Below, piece after piece: positions 46,785 through 59,900 of a stretch of 63,295 nucleotides of DNA. Source of the DNA: Candidatus Altiarchaeota archaeon (lineage in GTDB: Archaea; Altiarchaeota; Altiarchaeia; IMC4; QMZM01); assembly GCA_016931955.1 (NCBI GenBank), contig JAFGDV010000024.1, positions 1 through 63,295 of the forward strand, in the 5' to 3' direction. Numbering within the stretch: the first letter of the stretch is position 1; each line of letters begins with the position of its first letter. The translations under genes and the position numbers were made by a program. Below the pieces are notes generated by a model. The model was given only the letters and a program-made list of their open reading frames with translations, made no database searches and had not been told where the DNA came from.

Positions 46785-47802
46785 ATTCCTCTCTCAGTTT
46801 ATAGGTCAGGTCTTTTATGGCCTCACTTGCTCCCCCATTGATCTGTATCTCTGGTTGTATTCCAAGGAGTGTCTTCAATACTGCATAGGAGGATGTTGCT
46901 ACTGCATCCAGGTTGTATCCGCCTTCTAATTCGACTATGAGCCGTCCATCGCATACGTTCTCAGCCAGTCTTTGTAAGCTCTCTGTCATCTTGCTGTATC
47001 CTTTTTCAGTCAACATCAGCTGACCTAATGGGTCTCCTTTATGTGAGTCAAAGCCTGCTGATATCACCATGAAATCTGGCGCGTATTTTTCTATTCTCTC
47101 AAGTATGAAGTTTTCCAACAGATAGAGGTAGTCTGCGTCTCCTGTCTGCGGAGGCACTGGAATGTTCATCGTGTATCCTTCTCCGTTTCCTTCTCCCTTT
47201 TCGTCTGTGAATCCTGTTCCGGGGTATGTTACTCTGGGGTCCTGGTGTATTGATATTACTAGGACGGAGGGGTCTTCATAGAATATTTCTGTTGTCCCGT
47301 TTGCTGCGTGCAGGTCCCAGTCGAATATGCATACCTTCTTTATATCATAGTTTTTCTGCAGGTATTTTATCATTATCGCTACATTGTTGAAGTAGCAGAA
47401 TCCCATCGCTTTATCCCTTGTGGCGTGGTGTCCTGGTGGTCTTACTAATGCGAATGCGTTGTCTGCTTTTTTCTCTGCGACGTATTTTCCTGCAAGGATT
47501 TCGCCGCCCACCGCCAGCCTAGCTATTTCGTATGTTTCCCGTCCGCAGTATGTGTCCCCATCTATCTGCCCCCCTCCTCTCTCGCTTAACTGTTTTATGT
47601 GGTTAAGGTGTTTTTCCGTGTGCACTAATAGTATGTCTTCTTCGCTGCATTTTTCTGGCTTGAGTGTTGTGACTTCTTCTAGTATGCCTGATTGCTTGAA
47701 TAGTTTCATTATCGAGCTGAGTCGTTCTTTTCTCTCAGGATGATAGGGTCCTGTGTCATGTTTCAGATAGTCTTCATGGTATATTACCGCTGTCTTGTTC
47801 AT
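46768..47802 (-). CDS. Histone deacetylase/acetoin utilisation family protein
   Basis: HPE, RPPGHHA, GFCYFNN, DWDLH, SAGFDSH.GDPL, LEGGY. Confidence 0.95.
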   Translation of the reverse strand: MNKTAVIYHEDYLKHDTGPYHPERKERLSSIMKLFKQSGILEEVTTLKPEKCSEEDILLVHTEKHLNHIKQLSERGGGQIDGDTYCGRETYEIARLAVGGEILAGKYVAEKKADNAFALVRPPGHHATRDKAMGFCYFNNVAIMIKYLQKNYDIKKVCIFDWDLHAANGTTEIFYEDPSVLVISIHQDPRVTYPGTGFTDEKGEGNGEGYTMNIPVPPQTGDADYLYLLENFILERIEKYAPDFMVISAGFDSHKGDPLGQLMLTEKGYSKMTESLQRLAENVCDGRLIVELEGGYNLDAVATSSYAVLKTLLGIQPEIQINGGASEAIKDLTYKLREEFNALW

Positions 47803-47925
47803 CTTCTGTGTTATTGTTTCCTCTGCAACCTTAATAAGGTGAAAGGTATATATATGACATTAATAAATATTTAAAAAGTAGTATAATGTTGGGGTGTTGG
47901 AGTTGAGTTACTTTGGGTGTATGGT

Positions 47926-50900
47926 TTGAAGCAGGGGTTGATTTATGCGGTAGTGTTAGGAGTCTTTTTCTTGTCTGTAGGGTTCTCCTTCTCTCAGCTT
48001 TCTGATCCTGAGAACATCAGTTTTTCTGTATCAACCGATAAAGAAATCTATTTTTTGGATGAAATCGTCCGCGTTTCTGTTTCTGCTCCAGGTAATTCTT
48101 CAACTAATCTCTCTATCCTTGATCCTCAGGGAGGGATTTATTCCACCTTCAAGGAAAACTTGGGTAACTTCACGCACCTCTATTCTCCATCTTCTATTGG
48201 AGACTATTCAGTCCACGCTCACTTTTCTTTACTAAATATCAGCTCTAATGCCTCCGCCTTCTTCAAGGTGATCCCTTTTGTGGAGACTAATCCCCTGGAA
48301 AACGCAAGTTTATGGACGGATAAACCCACCTATTATCTGAATGAAATCATCCGCATCTCTGTTTCTGCACCGAAAAACACGACAACGAACCTGACCATAC
48401 GAAACCCCACAGGCAGCCTCTACTCAACCCTAAAGGAGCTTATAGGCTCCTTCACCCACCTCTTCTTCCCTGAATTCTCTGGGAACCACTCAGTCCGCGC
48501 CTTTTTTTCTCTCCAGAATTGGAGCAGCAACTCCTCTGTCTCCTTCTCCGTGCTATCTCCTGCAATAGAAAACGCCACCAATGAATCTGAGGTTCCTGAA
48601 AACCCCCCAGTGTCGCCTCTCGACCTTGCTTCTCTTTCAACGGATAAGGTGGTCTATCAACTAGATGAGACTGTCCGCATATCCCTCTCCGCTCCAGAGA
48701 ATACTTCCACGAATTTGACAATACAAAATCCTCTTGGAGGGCTTTACTCCTCCTTAAAAGAAAAACTCGGTAGCTTCACGCACCTCTACTTGCCAGAGTT
48801 CATAGGAGACTATCTGGTCTTCGCTGAGCTTTCTCTCCACAATGAAACCCGGGATTTGAACACTAGCTTCCAGGTAGTTGCAGAGAATGTCTCAAAGACC
48901 AATATCTCGGAGTCTCTCTTCAACTTGAAAGCAATGAAAAAATACTTCAACGCTAACAAAAACCCGGAATTCATACTCTATTCCAAGAAGAAACCTGAGA
49001 AGGAAAAAATCAAGGCTATCGTGTACTACGGTGGGCAAGAAACGGATATTCAAGCGGAGGTAGAGGAAATGCAAGATGGTAATATCTCCATAAAAATACT
49101 GAAAAAGAGGGCATTCAGAGCAGGGCTATACACACTACAGGTACAGGTTGATGAAGATCACACGATAGAGCGGGAGTTCTCTTGGGGTCTTGTTTCTCTA
49201 AACACACGGAAAAGCATCTATGCGCCCGGAGAGATGGCAGAGTTCATCATTGTTGTTTTAGACAGCGAAGGGCACTCCGTCTGCAACGCTGAGCTCTACC
49301 TGTCGGTTACCGACCCAGAAAACAAAGAGACTATGTACTCTACTTCAGACGGAACAATCTCACCTTCTCAGGAATGCGGGATCTACTACGCCAACTATTC
49401 AACGGAGATAGAGGGAAATCACACAGTAGAAATCACGGCCTTGGTCTCTGGGATGGAGGTAAACTTCTCCACCCATTTCCTTGTTCGGGAGGAATATGGG
49501 TTTGACATCATCAGAACCGCAGAGAGTAAGATTGATCCTACGCAGCAGGAATGGTTTGATGTCTCTGTGGGGATAGAGAGCTTTATCGGTGGAGACGCCC
49601 TGACAGTAGAGGAATCTGTTCCAGCAGAGTTTGAGGTTCTTACCGATGCAGATATCCAGGAGGAAGGCGATACAAAGATCTTAACTTGGAACAAGGAACT
49701 GATAGACGGAAAAACAACGGTAACCTACTCCTACTCTGTACCTGAGATCTGGCCTTACCTCTACACATTAGGTCCACTTGAAATAAACAGCAACTTCAGT
49801 GAAGCACGGCCCTGGTACATCGCAGTGGATCCAAGCTATCCTGCAACTCCAACAGCGTCGAACGACAATGAGGTAACAGAGACGGGGAATACCTTCGTCA
49901 CCAAGAAGACACTAACGGTAACGAAAAACGGCGAGTCTTGGCTGAAAACAGAACATGAATTAGCTACCAGCAACGCGGCCAGGGCAACTGAGTTAAAGAT
50001 TGTCTCCCAGAGTAATGGCGCAATCACTTGCACGAATTCGAGCACAACAGTATATCCCAGTTATACGACGTACTACTGTGAACTGGACATATCGTCTCTA
50101 TCAGACGGAAGCCAAAGCTTCAACCTGCAACTCAGAAGGACAAGTGCATCTGCCGCCACCGCCTATAACAGAAACTGGAGGATATACCTGGAAGTAATTC
50201 CCTCTATTGTAACACTCAAAACCCATGGGAATTCCTCTTATTCTGGGATAGATAAATTCTTTAGTCGCCAGCAGACAATTTTCGTTGAAGCTAATGTAAC
50301 TGCTTCTGACGGCTCTAATATGACAGATGCTACTGTAACCGCCAACTTCACTGTGGGCGGAAGCTTTGAGAAAATCCTTACACTATCACACTACTCTGGA
50401 TCGATCTATAGGGGTAACTGGACTACGAACTCCACTCAGACAGTTGGCGTTTACAACATAAGCGTTTACGCTAACAATTCCGATGGAAACACAACCGGGA
50501 GCAATTCCTTCCACCTCTACTCTGGGGAGAACGTCTCCGCCTACCGCATGGATTGGAACGACGATGGAAGCAACGAGTCCGTGATGGAAAACAGGCATCT
50601 GATAGCCGTGTTCAACGAGACGGATAATACGGATGGATTAATCCTCTACTTAGAGCAAAAGGATTCTAATGTCGGCTACACATTTGGAAAAATCTATGAT
50701 CCGAATTCGATTGGTAGAGGTGAAGTAACCACCACGAACATGAAGGAAATCAGAATCTATGACTTCTCCTTTTCGCAGGAAGGGGAGAACCTCGCCTCGG
50801 TCGACTTGAATATAAAGACTACTGTCAACGACCCCCCGCCCAGCAACCCCGATAAAGTTACGGAAAAAGAAATCAGTAGAGCTGAAAGCACCGGAGTTGA

Positions 50901-53900
50901 TGGAGGAGATAGAGGTTTGGCCTCAGAGCCTTTTTCAGGGATTAACTCAGGACCTGTCTTTGGAGAAAGAACATCTAGTATTGGTTCGGAGCAGATGTCT
51001 CCAACAATCTCATCTATTTATGTTGAACCTTTAAAAGTCGCGCCTGGGGATTTTATGCATGTTTCAGCCGAAGTTTCTGATGGATATGAAATCGAATCTG
51101 TCACCGCTTACATGGGTGGAATCGAGATAATCGAACTGAGATTACTGAATGGCTCAGTCTATAGGGGGATTTGGGGGGGAGACTGGCTGGTTCATGATAC
51201 TGAGAACAGGGAGTATACTACGACAGTCACTGCTACAAATGCTTTGGGGTTTAGTTCTTCCGCCGACGTTGGGTGGAGTGATCCCCCGAATGTTGTCCAG
51301 ATCCATTATCGGTGGAGAAACGATGACAACGGGACATCAGAAAACGATTATCTTTACGTTAATGCCACTACAGGCAATGATTCAACCGCTGAATTGAATA
51401 ACCCTGACAAACCTTGGAAGACAATCAATGAGTCAATAAATTACGTGAAAAACAATCTCTCCCCTCTTCAGAAACCGACAATCATTGAGATCCAGGATTC
51501 AGCAACCTACACTGAGGGGATCCGTCTTGCGGGTATCACAACTTCCAGCACCAACAGGCTTACTATCCGAGGCGCCAAAGACCAGATGCCGACTTGGAAG
51601 AACGACAACAGCAATATCCTGTTTTGCGATTATGATTCTACAAACTCTTATGGTGCATTGGATATTGCCGTCTCCTACGTCACCATTGAGAGGATAAGCT
51701 TTACCGGGACAAAAAATCACGGTGTTAAACTATGTTGGAATAATGTCCATAACATTACCATAAGGAATTGCATATTCCACGATATGACCATTAGCACAGG
51801 AAATTATAACCACAATTCTGTCGGAGTCTATGGGGTGGCACCAGATTCCCAGGTATATAACAATGTGTTTTATAACCTTGTCTATAGCATTAACTTTTGG
51901 GGAAACGGCCCTGTTAAACTCAGAAATAACATCTTCTCTGTTAATCCTTGCTCAAGCGAAGTTGAGATGGCCTTTGTGAACTACAATGCTTATAGTAATA
52001 ACCATCCTGATTCAAACTACAATATATTCCAGCTTAACACGGGCTATCTTGCTGTTGGATCGTGGAATACTCCAACATATTATACCACTCTTGCCGACTG
52101 GCAGGCTTGTTCTATCACGCCGGCGCCGGATCAGAACTCTACTTCAGGCGACCCAAAGTATGTGACTGCTGGAACGGATTTCCACCTGAAATCTGTTTAC
52201 GGTCACTGGACAAGTTCGGGTTGGGTAAACGATTCAGAATCTAGCTCTGGTATTGATGCTGGAGTTCCTTTCAACATCGGCTTTGAGTACACTTATTACG
52301 ATAAGGAAGCTGAAGACAACGGCGATAGAGTGAATATTGGAGCCTATGGAAACACTGATCAGGCTTCTCTCAGCGGTAATTATACAGGATATTGGAATGA
52401 GTATAAGGAGGATGGCACCTGGAAAGCAGCCGAAGATACTTTAGTGCATAATCAGTCGAAAAATGAAGGCATCAGGCTGAGGTTCTCCATCAGGAATACT
52501 GGGACATCGGCTGATAATTACACTTATCGTCTGCAGGTTGCCGCAAGAGGGGATTTTTACAGCTGTGAGAATGTGACTTCTGGCTACTTTTCTGATGTTC
52601 CAACAACTTCTGACGGCTGTGGTTCAGCTGTTGCCTGTATAACCAATGCTACTTGGTTTGAGGATGGCGCCCCCACGATCAGTCAATTAAGCACCCCAAG
52701 CTCCCTTACCTTTGTCCGCGGCGGGATGGTTGAGGACTCCTCAAATCAGACCGACAAGATCACTTTAAACCAAGATACCTTCACTGAAATTGAATACAAT
52801 TTCCAGTTTACAGATAATGCTTCAAACGCCACCACCTATTGCTTCAGGGTTGTAAATGGGGGGGTTGGAGCCTTAGACGGTTATTCTAAAGTCGCTACAA
52901 TCACCACTACTGAACTTACAACTTCCTTCAATCTCACTGTAACGATGAGGACTGAAGACGTTGACTATCTAGTGTACAGATTGCACAACTTTGATTCGAG
53001 TATTGACGATATAAGTGATGTCTGGTCAGATATTGCCGGGACCTTGGGTTCTTCTGTTTCAGATGACAGATATCATTTGGAGAATGGAACCGACGCCTTA
53101 GTGAGTTCGCTGACGGCAGAGCAGTGGAATGACTACACAGCATCAAATTACTCCCTCATCTACGACAACTCCGCCACAGGAGACTCCGTCAACGACAACG
53201 TTATTGCATGGATTAGATTTAATGAAACGGAGAACATCTCATTCCAAGACACTGGGTTGTGGAATTCCTCTTCAGAGGGGTTGAGGATACGATACAACAC
53301 CTCCTCCGCATCGGCAACGGATGAAGTAAATTACATCCTCGCATTCACTACCGGGGGCTATGACACGATACAACAGTGGATGTCCACAGTAGAGGGGGGG
53401 AGTTTCCCGACGGTGAACTTTATGGCTTCTCCTCCAGGAGTCTATCTGAACTCTCCGCAAAATCAGGCAGTAACGAATGACACGACACCGGACTTCAGCT
53501 TCAATGTCGTGGGTTCAGAGTCAACTTATAACTGCACTCTGTATCTGAATGACACTAACAAGGGCAACAATGCCTCAACGCAGAACAATACACCTACAAC
53601 GATAACCTCTACAGCACTCTCTGATGGAACCTACAGTTGGTACGTGAACTGCACTGCCACCGGTTTTGCAGAACAATCGAAGATTAGGGAGATAACGATT
53701 GACACTACCGCCCCGACCACCACTGCAACAGCAATAATCTCCAACGGTTCTTCCTACACATTCGACACATGGACAAACTCTTCCTATGTGAACATAACAC
53801 TAAACTGCTCTGATTCTGGTTCGGGCTGCGACACAACAATGTACTGCACAGACACGACAAATACCTGTGAACCCTATAAAAACTTCAAGCAGGAAATAAA

Positions 53901-56900
53901 CATCTCCACTACTGCAGGGAATCTAACAGACTACCAGGTGAAGATAAATCTGAACTCCTCCAACGTCGGCGCAGGGTTTAACTGGACCAGAGACGAAAAC
54001 GCGACAAGATTCAAGTACTACAACACAAGCTCAGGGAAAGAAACAGGATGCTCTCACTGGATAGAGTCTTGGAACTCTTCTTCAGAGGAAGCAACCATCT
54101 GGGTAAAAGTCCCCTTCCTGGAGAACAACACCAACACAACAATATACATGAACTATGGAAATCCAGATGCAATTTATAACAACACCCAAGGAGGGAATGA
54201 CATATTCCTGTTCTTTGATGATTTTGAGGGTGACATCTTAGATACGAACAAATGGAGTGAGATAGGCAGTGGAGGGTCGTATTCTGTCTCCGATTCAATA
54301 CTAACCGTAACTGGCGGAGCGAGTGGTTGGGAGACAATAATAGGTAAAACACGATACGCCATGCCTAAAGAATTCGGGTATCGTGCAAAGATGACAGAAA
54401 CAACCGTAACGAATATAGTGATAGATGATAGAGATGCTCAAGGGAATTTCCAAGGTTTAGGATATGATTGGGCTAAATGGTCATATTGGGATGAGAAAAA
54501 CTACTCATGTGGGCATGATGGCAGCGAAACCGGTGATGCGAGAACTTCGGATTTAAGCAACTTTACTTTGCTGAAATTAGTATGGACTAGCACAGCCGTT
54601 AAATTTTATGAGGATGGTGTGCTCAAAAAAACATTAACCACAAATGTGCCCCAAGACACTTGCGCCCCTCTTTTTGAAGGATATTTCAACTCGTCAAAAG
54701 TATACATCGATTGGGTCTTCGTGCGAGAATATACCTCCATCGAACCAACAATCTACTTTGGCTCAGAAGAATCCCCTTCAAACATACAGATTACGAAAGA
54801 AGGGATAAGCTACATCCGATACCGATCAAACGATACTCTCGGAAATTTGGAGGACACAAAGAACCAGACAATAAAGATCGACTACACACCAGCGCAGATA
54901 ACTATAGTTAATCCAGAGAATGACACGAATCTCTCCTCTGAAACAACTTGGACATGGATCAACGTCAGCACAGACGAAAACGCAGTCTGCAAATATAATC
55001 TAACAAACTCAAACTTCGACTACGCTTCACAGGGAACAACGTTCACGAATACAAGTGGGATGGCGCATTCATTCAACTACTCCGGGTTAGCGGATGGGCA
55101 GACTTATACATTATACTATAAATGCAACGACTCCACAGCAGGAAACATCAATCCAAGCTCAGTGATGCACACCTTCGGAGTCAACAAAACTGTTACTTTT
55201 CACATCGACCTGAACTCCCCGGACAACGAAACAGCGACGGATGACTCAACACCTGACTTCAACTTCACAGTCTCTGGTTCAAAATCCCTCTACGTCTGTG
55301 AACTGTTCATAAATGACTCAAGCTACGGCAAAACAGACTTCATAAACGTCGGACACATAGACGACGGGGGATGGGTGGAGAGCGTGTGGGGAGATGGAAC
55401 ATACATATATTCAGCAGACTATGCTGGACTGCGGGCATACACATTCAACGGAACAGATTTTAATAAAACAGGATACATAGACGACGAAGAAAATGAATTG
55501 GGGGTGTGGGGAGATGGGACATACATATTCCTAGCAAATCAGGATGGCGGGTTGAGGGCCTACACATTCAATGGAACCAATTTCACCAACGTAGGACACA
55601 TAGATGATGGAGGGAATGGAGTCGGAGTGTGGGGAGACGAGACATATATTTATCTGGCAAACTCTGGTGATGGACTTAGAGCCTACACATTCAACGGGAC
55701 AAACTTCACCAACGTCGGCTGGATAGACGACGGAGGGAACGGGGTCGATGTGTGGGGCGATGGAACATACATATACCTAGCAAACTATGCTGACGGATTG
55801 AGAGCCTACACATTCAACGGAACAAACTTCTCTAATGTTGGGCACATAGACGACGGAGACGAGGGATATGGAATAGGGGTGTGGGGAGATGGGACATACA
55901 TATATCTAGGAAACTACGGTGATGGTCTTAGAGCTTACACATTCAACGGGAGCAATTTCACAAATGTTGGACACATATACGACGGCGGATTCGGACAGGG
56001 GGTGTGGGGGGATGGGACGTACATATATCTGGCAAACGAGTTCGACGGGCTTAGAGCCTACACATTCAACGGAACAAACTTCTCTAATGTTGGGCACATA
56101 GACGACGGCGGAGTTGGTTGGGGAGTGTGGGGAGACGGAACATACATATATCTAGCAAACCATGATGATGGTCTGAGAGCATACTCATTTACTCCTTCTG
56201 CTTTAAACAACACACCAACAACAATCACGGCAAACTTAAATCTATCAGATGGAGTTTATAACTGGTACATAAACTGCACAGCAAATGGCGCTACGAACCA
56301 ATCAGAGATAGGAGAAATCACAATAGATGCAACCCCGTCGACTACCAACGCCTCAGCAGTCAAAAACGATTCCACAACATACACCTTCGACACGTGGACG
56401 AATTCAAGCTACGTGAACATCACACTGAGCTGTGACGACGGATTAGGGATAGGATGCGACACAACACAATACTGCACAGACACGACAAACACCTGCACTC
56501 CCTCATGGTTCAACAGCTCATGGCTCTACCGACAACCAATATACATCTCAAATACGGCAGGAAATCTAACAGATTACCAAGTCAAGATAGAGCTGACTTC
56601 TGCGAATGCTGGCTCCCACTGGAACTGGACAAACAACGGATCAGATATACGGTTTACATACTACAACATAACCGGCGGAACCGAAACAGAATGCCTCCAC
56701 TGGATTGAATCATGGAATTCTACCTCAGAGACGGCAACAATCTGGGTGAAAATACCATTCATAGAAAACAACACAGACACCATAGTAAACATGTACTACG
56801 GAAACACCGGCGCAGCCTACAACAACACACAAGGCGGAAACAACACCTTCCTCTTATTCGACGACTTTGATTCGCTTACTGGTTGGAGCGGCGACACCGC

Positions 56901-59900
56901 TAACTTCGACACCAGCAACGGATACCTTTTAGCCACCAACAACACAGACAGCTTCCACAAAATCTACAAACCATTCACTGAAAATGTAGCCATATGGGAG
57001 ATAAAAGCACGCATCAACGGCACCGACTCAGCAGACCAAATCTGGAGACTCTACCCCTTCTACAACAATACCCTCTCCTATTGGGATGTCAATCTAGCAG
57101 AACCGGGGGGAGGGAACGTAATCGCACTTGAAAAAAATGGAGGAGCAACTGGTAGTAGCCCTGGTATACAAGACACATACTGGCATGATATAAAAGTTAC
57201 CCGAAGTTCTTCAGCTGACTGGAGGGTATACGTTGATGGAACAGGAGTAATAAGCACGACAGACGATATGTGGCCAACTGCGACCTACATTGGGATTGAG
57301 TACAAGCAGCTAACTTCAAATGATTACATCGCATGGGATACTCTCCGAGTACGCAAATACGCCAGCCCAGAACCAAGCGTGAGCATCGGAGGAGAAGGAA
57401 GCTCAACAACAATACAGGTAACAACCGAGGGGACCTCGTACATCCGATACCATTCAAACGACTCACTAGGAAACCTGGAGGACACAAAGAACCAGACGAT
57501 AAAAATCGACACTACTGCTCCAACGATAAACTTTGTCTCTCCAACCTCCTCAGGCAACCTCTCACAGAACTGGATCGCAGCCAACGTAACCGCACTAGAC
57601 GGTGGAGTAGGACTTGACACAATAAAACTGACACTATGGAACTCAACAGGAGGAATAGTACAAAGCAACACATCGCAGACTTCCCCGCTGTTCGTAAACC
57701 TCACTTCCCTGTTGGAAGGAACCTACTACCTGAACGCCACAGCAAACGACACCTTTGAACACACAAGCACAACAGAGACAAATACAATAACATTAGACAC
57801 AACCAAACCAACCATAATACTTCAGTCGCCAGAGAACATAACCTACAATACAACACTGATAAACCTGAACGTCTCCGCAGACGACATAATAGACACCTGG
57901 TGGTACTCCCTCAACAGCGGAACAAACATAACCTTCACACCCAACACCACAATAATTGCAGAATATGGCTCAAACCATCTGATAGTCTACGCCAACGACA
58001 CAGCAGGAAACGAGAACTCATCAGAGATATACTTTAGCACAAGCAACTACCTAGACGACTGCTCAATACTAAACGAACCAGGAACAACCTACTACCTACA
58101 AAAAGACATAATAAACTCCACCAAAACAACGTGCATAAACATCACAGCAAACAACATAATACTAGAAGGACAAGGACACACAGTAGACGGAATAAACACC
58201 ACCTCAACCTATGGAATATACATACTTCGACCAAGCCAACAAACAACAAACATAACAGTGAAAAACTTAGAGATAACAGACTGGTACAATGGTGTTGCAA
58301 ATTACTACGCTAACAATAACACATTCTACAATATAACATCCGAACTAAATTACTATGGTGTGTACTTTGGTTATACTAATTACACCAACTTAACTGAGAG
58401 TACCATCTCAAATAGTCTCATCGGCTTATGGATGCTCTATTCAAGTTTTAATACGGTCTATAATAGCACATTCACGTCATGTTCCTACGAAGGAGTGCGC
58501 ATAGGCGCCGACTCAACGTATAACATATTCTCAAACATGACCGTAAGCAATGGTCTGAACAGAGGAATCTTTATCGAATATGCTCAGAACAATACAATAA
58601 AAGACTCACGAATAGAAAACAATGCAGGTAGTGGAATTTACGTGTATTGGGCTGGATTCAGTCCTACAGAAAACAACAAAATCTATAACAATCTCTTCAA
58701 CAACACAAACAACTCCATCATAAATATGTTCACAGCCTACATAAACAACTGGAACACCACAAACCAGACTGGAACAAGAATCTATTCCTCTGGAACAAAC
58801 ATTGGAGGAAACTACTGGACCAATGCTACAGGAACAGGATACTCAGATACCTGCAACGACACAAACGAGGACGGATTCTGCGACGATCCCTACACATTAG
58901 CAGCAAACAACACAGACTACCTACCACTAAGCAACAAATACAAAGCCGACTGGGTCGAGGTCACAACATGCAGAAACCTCAACGAATCCGGGAAAACATA
59001 CCAACTCAGCCAAAACGTCTCCTCTCCAGGAACCTGCTTCACCATCCAAGCAGACAACATCACCTTAAACTGCTTAGGGTACACAATAAATTATTCTCAG
59101 TCCTCTGTAGGTTATGCAGTAAACAATACGGGCTACAACTATACGAAAATAAAGAACTGCAACATAGTGCAAGGAAACACCAGCCAATCCAACTCCTACG
59201 GCATCCGCTTCAATAAAACAATAAATGGGTCAATAGAAAACAACACCATCCAGACTTCGGGCAGTTCCAGCTGCTATGGAATCTATATCCTTAACTCGAA
59301 TAACACAAGGTTTTATAAAAACAATATAACGACGACCGGCTACTACGGCTACGGAATACGAATAGACTCTTCCACAAACGCTAACTTCACAGACAACATC
59401 ATATCAACTTCAGACTTCTATGCGAGAGGCATATACCTCCTCAACTCCTCAGACAACACAATCTACAACAACACCATCTCCACCGCAAGCAACGCCTGGG
59501 CCTTCGCCGTGGGAATGTACGCATCCAGCAAAAACACGCTAAAGGAAAATAAATTCACTACAACTCATGCCCAAAGCATAGGAGTCCTAGTCCCGGCAGA
59601 ATACAACATAAGCGAGTCTTACTTCAACCACTCAATAGACTCAAGCAACCTCGCACACGGAAAACCCATCCTCTACGTATTCAAAAACGACTCCGTTACC
59701 CTGGAAAACCTCAACAACACCTACGGCCTGATCTATGTGACATCCTCAAGGAATGCGACAATAAGGAATATAACAGTAGCCGGCTTAGACGGGATATACT
59801 TGGCTAACACATCAGATTCAACCATAGCCAACTGCACACTCAAAAACACAACAAGCAAAGGCATCGGCGTATATTATAGCTCATCCAACAACAGAATAGA

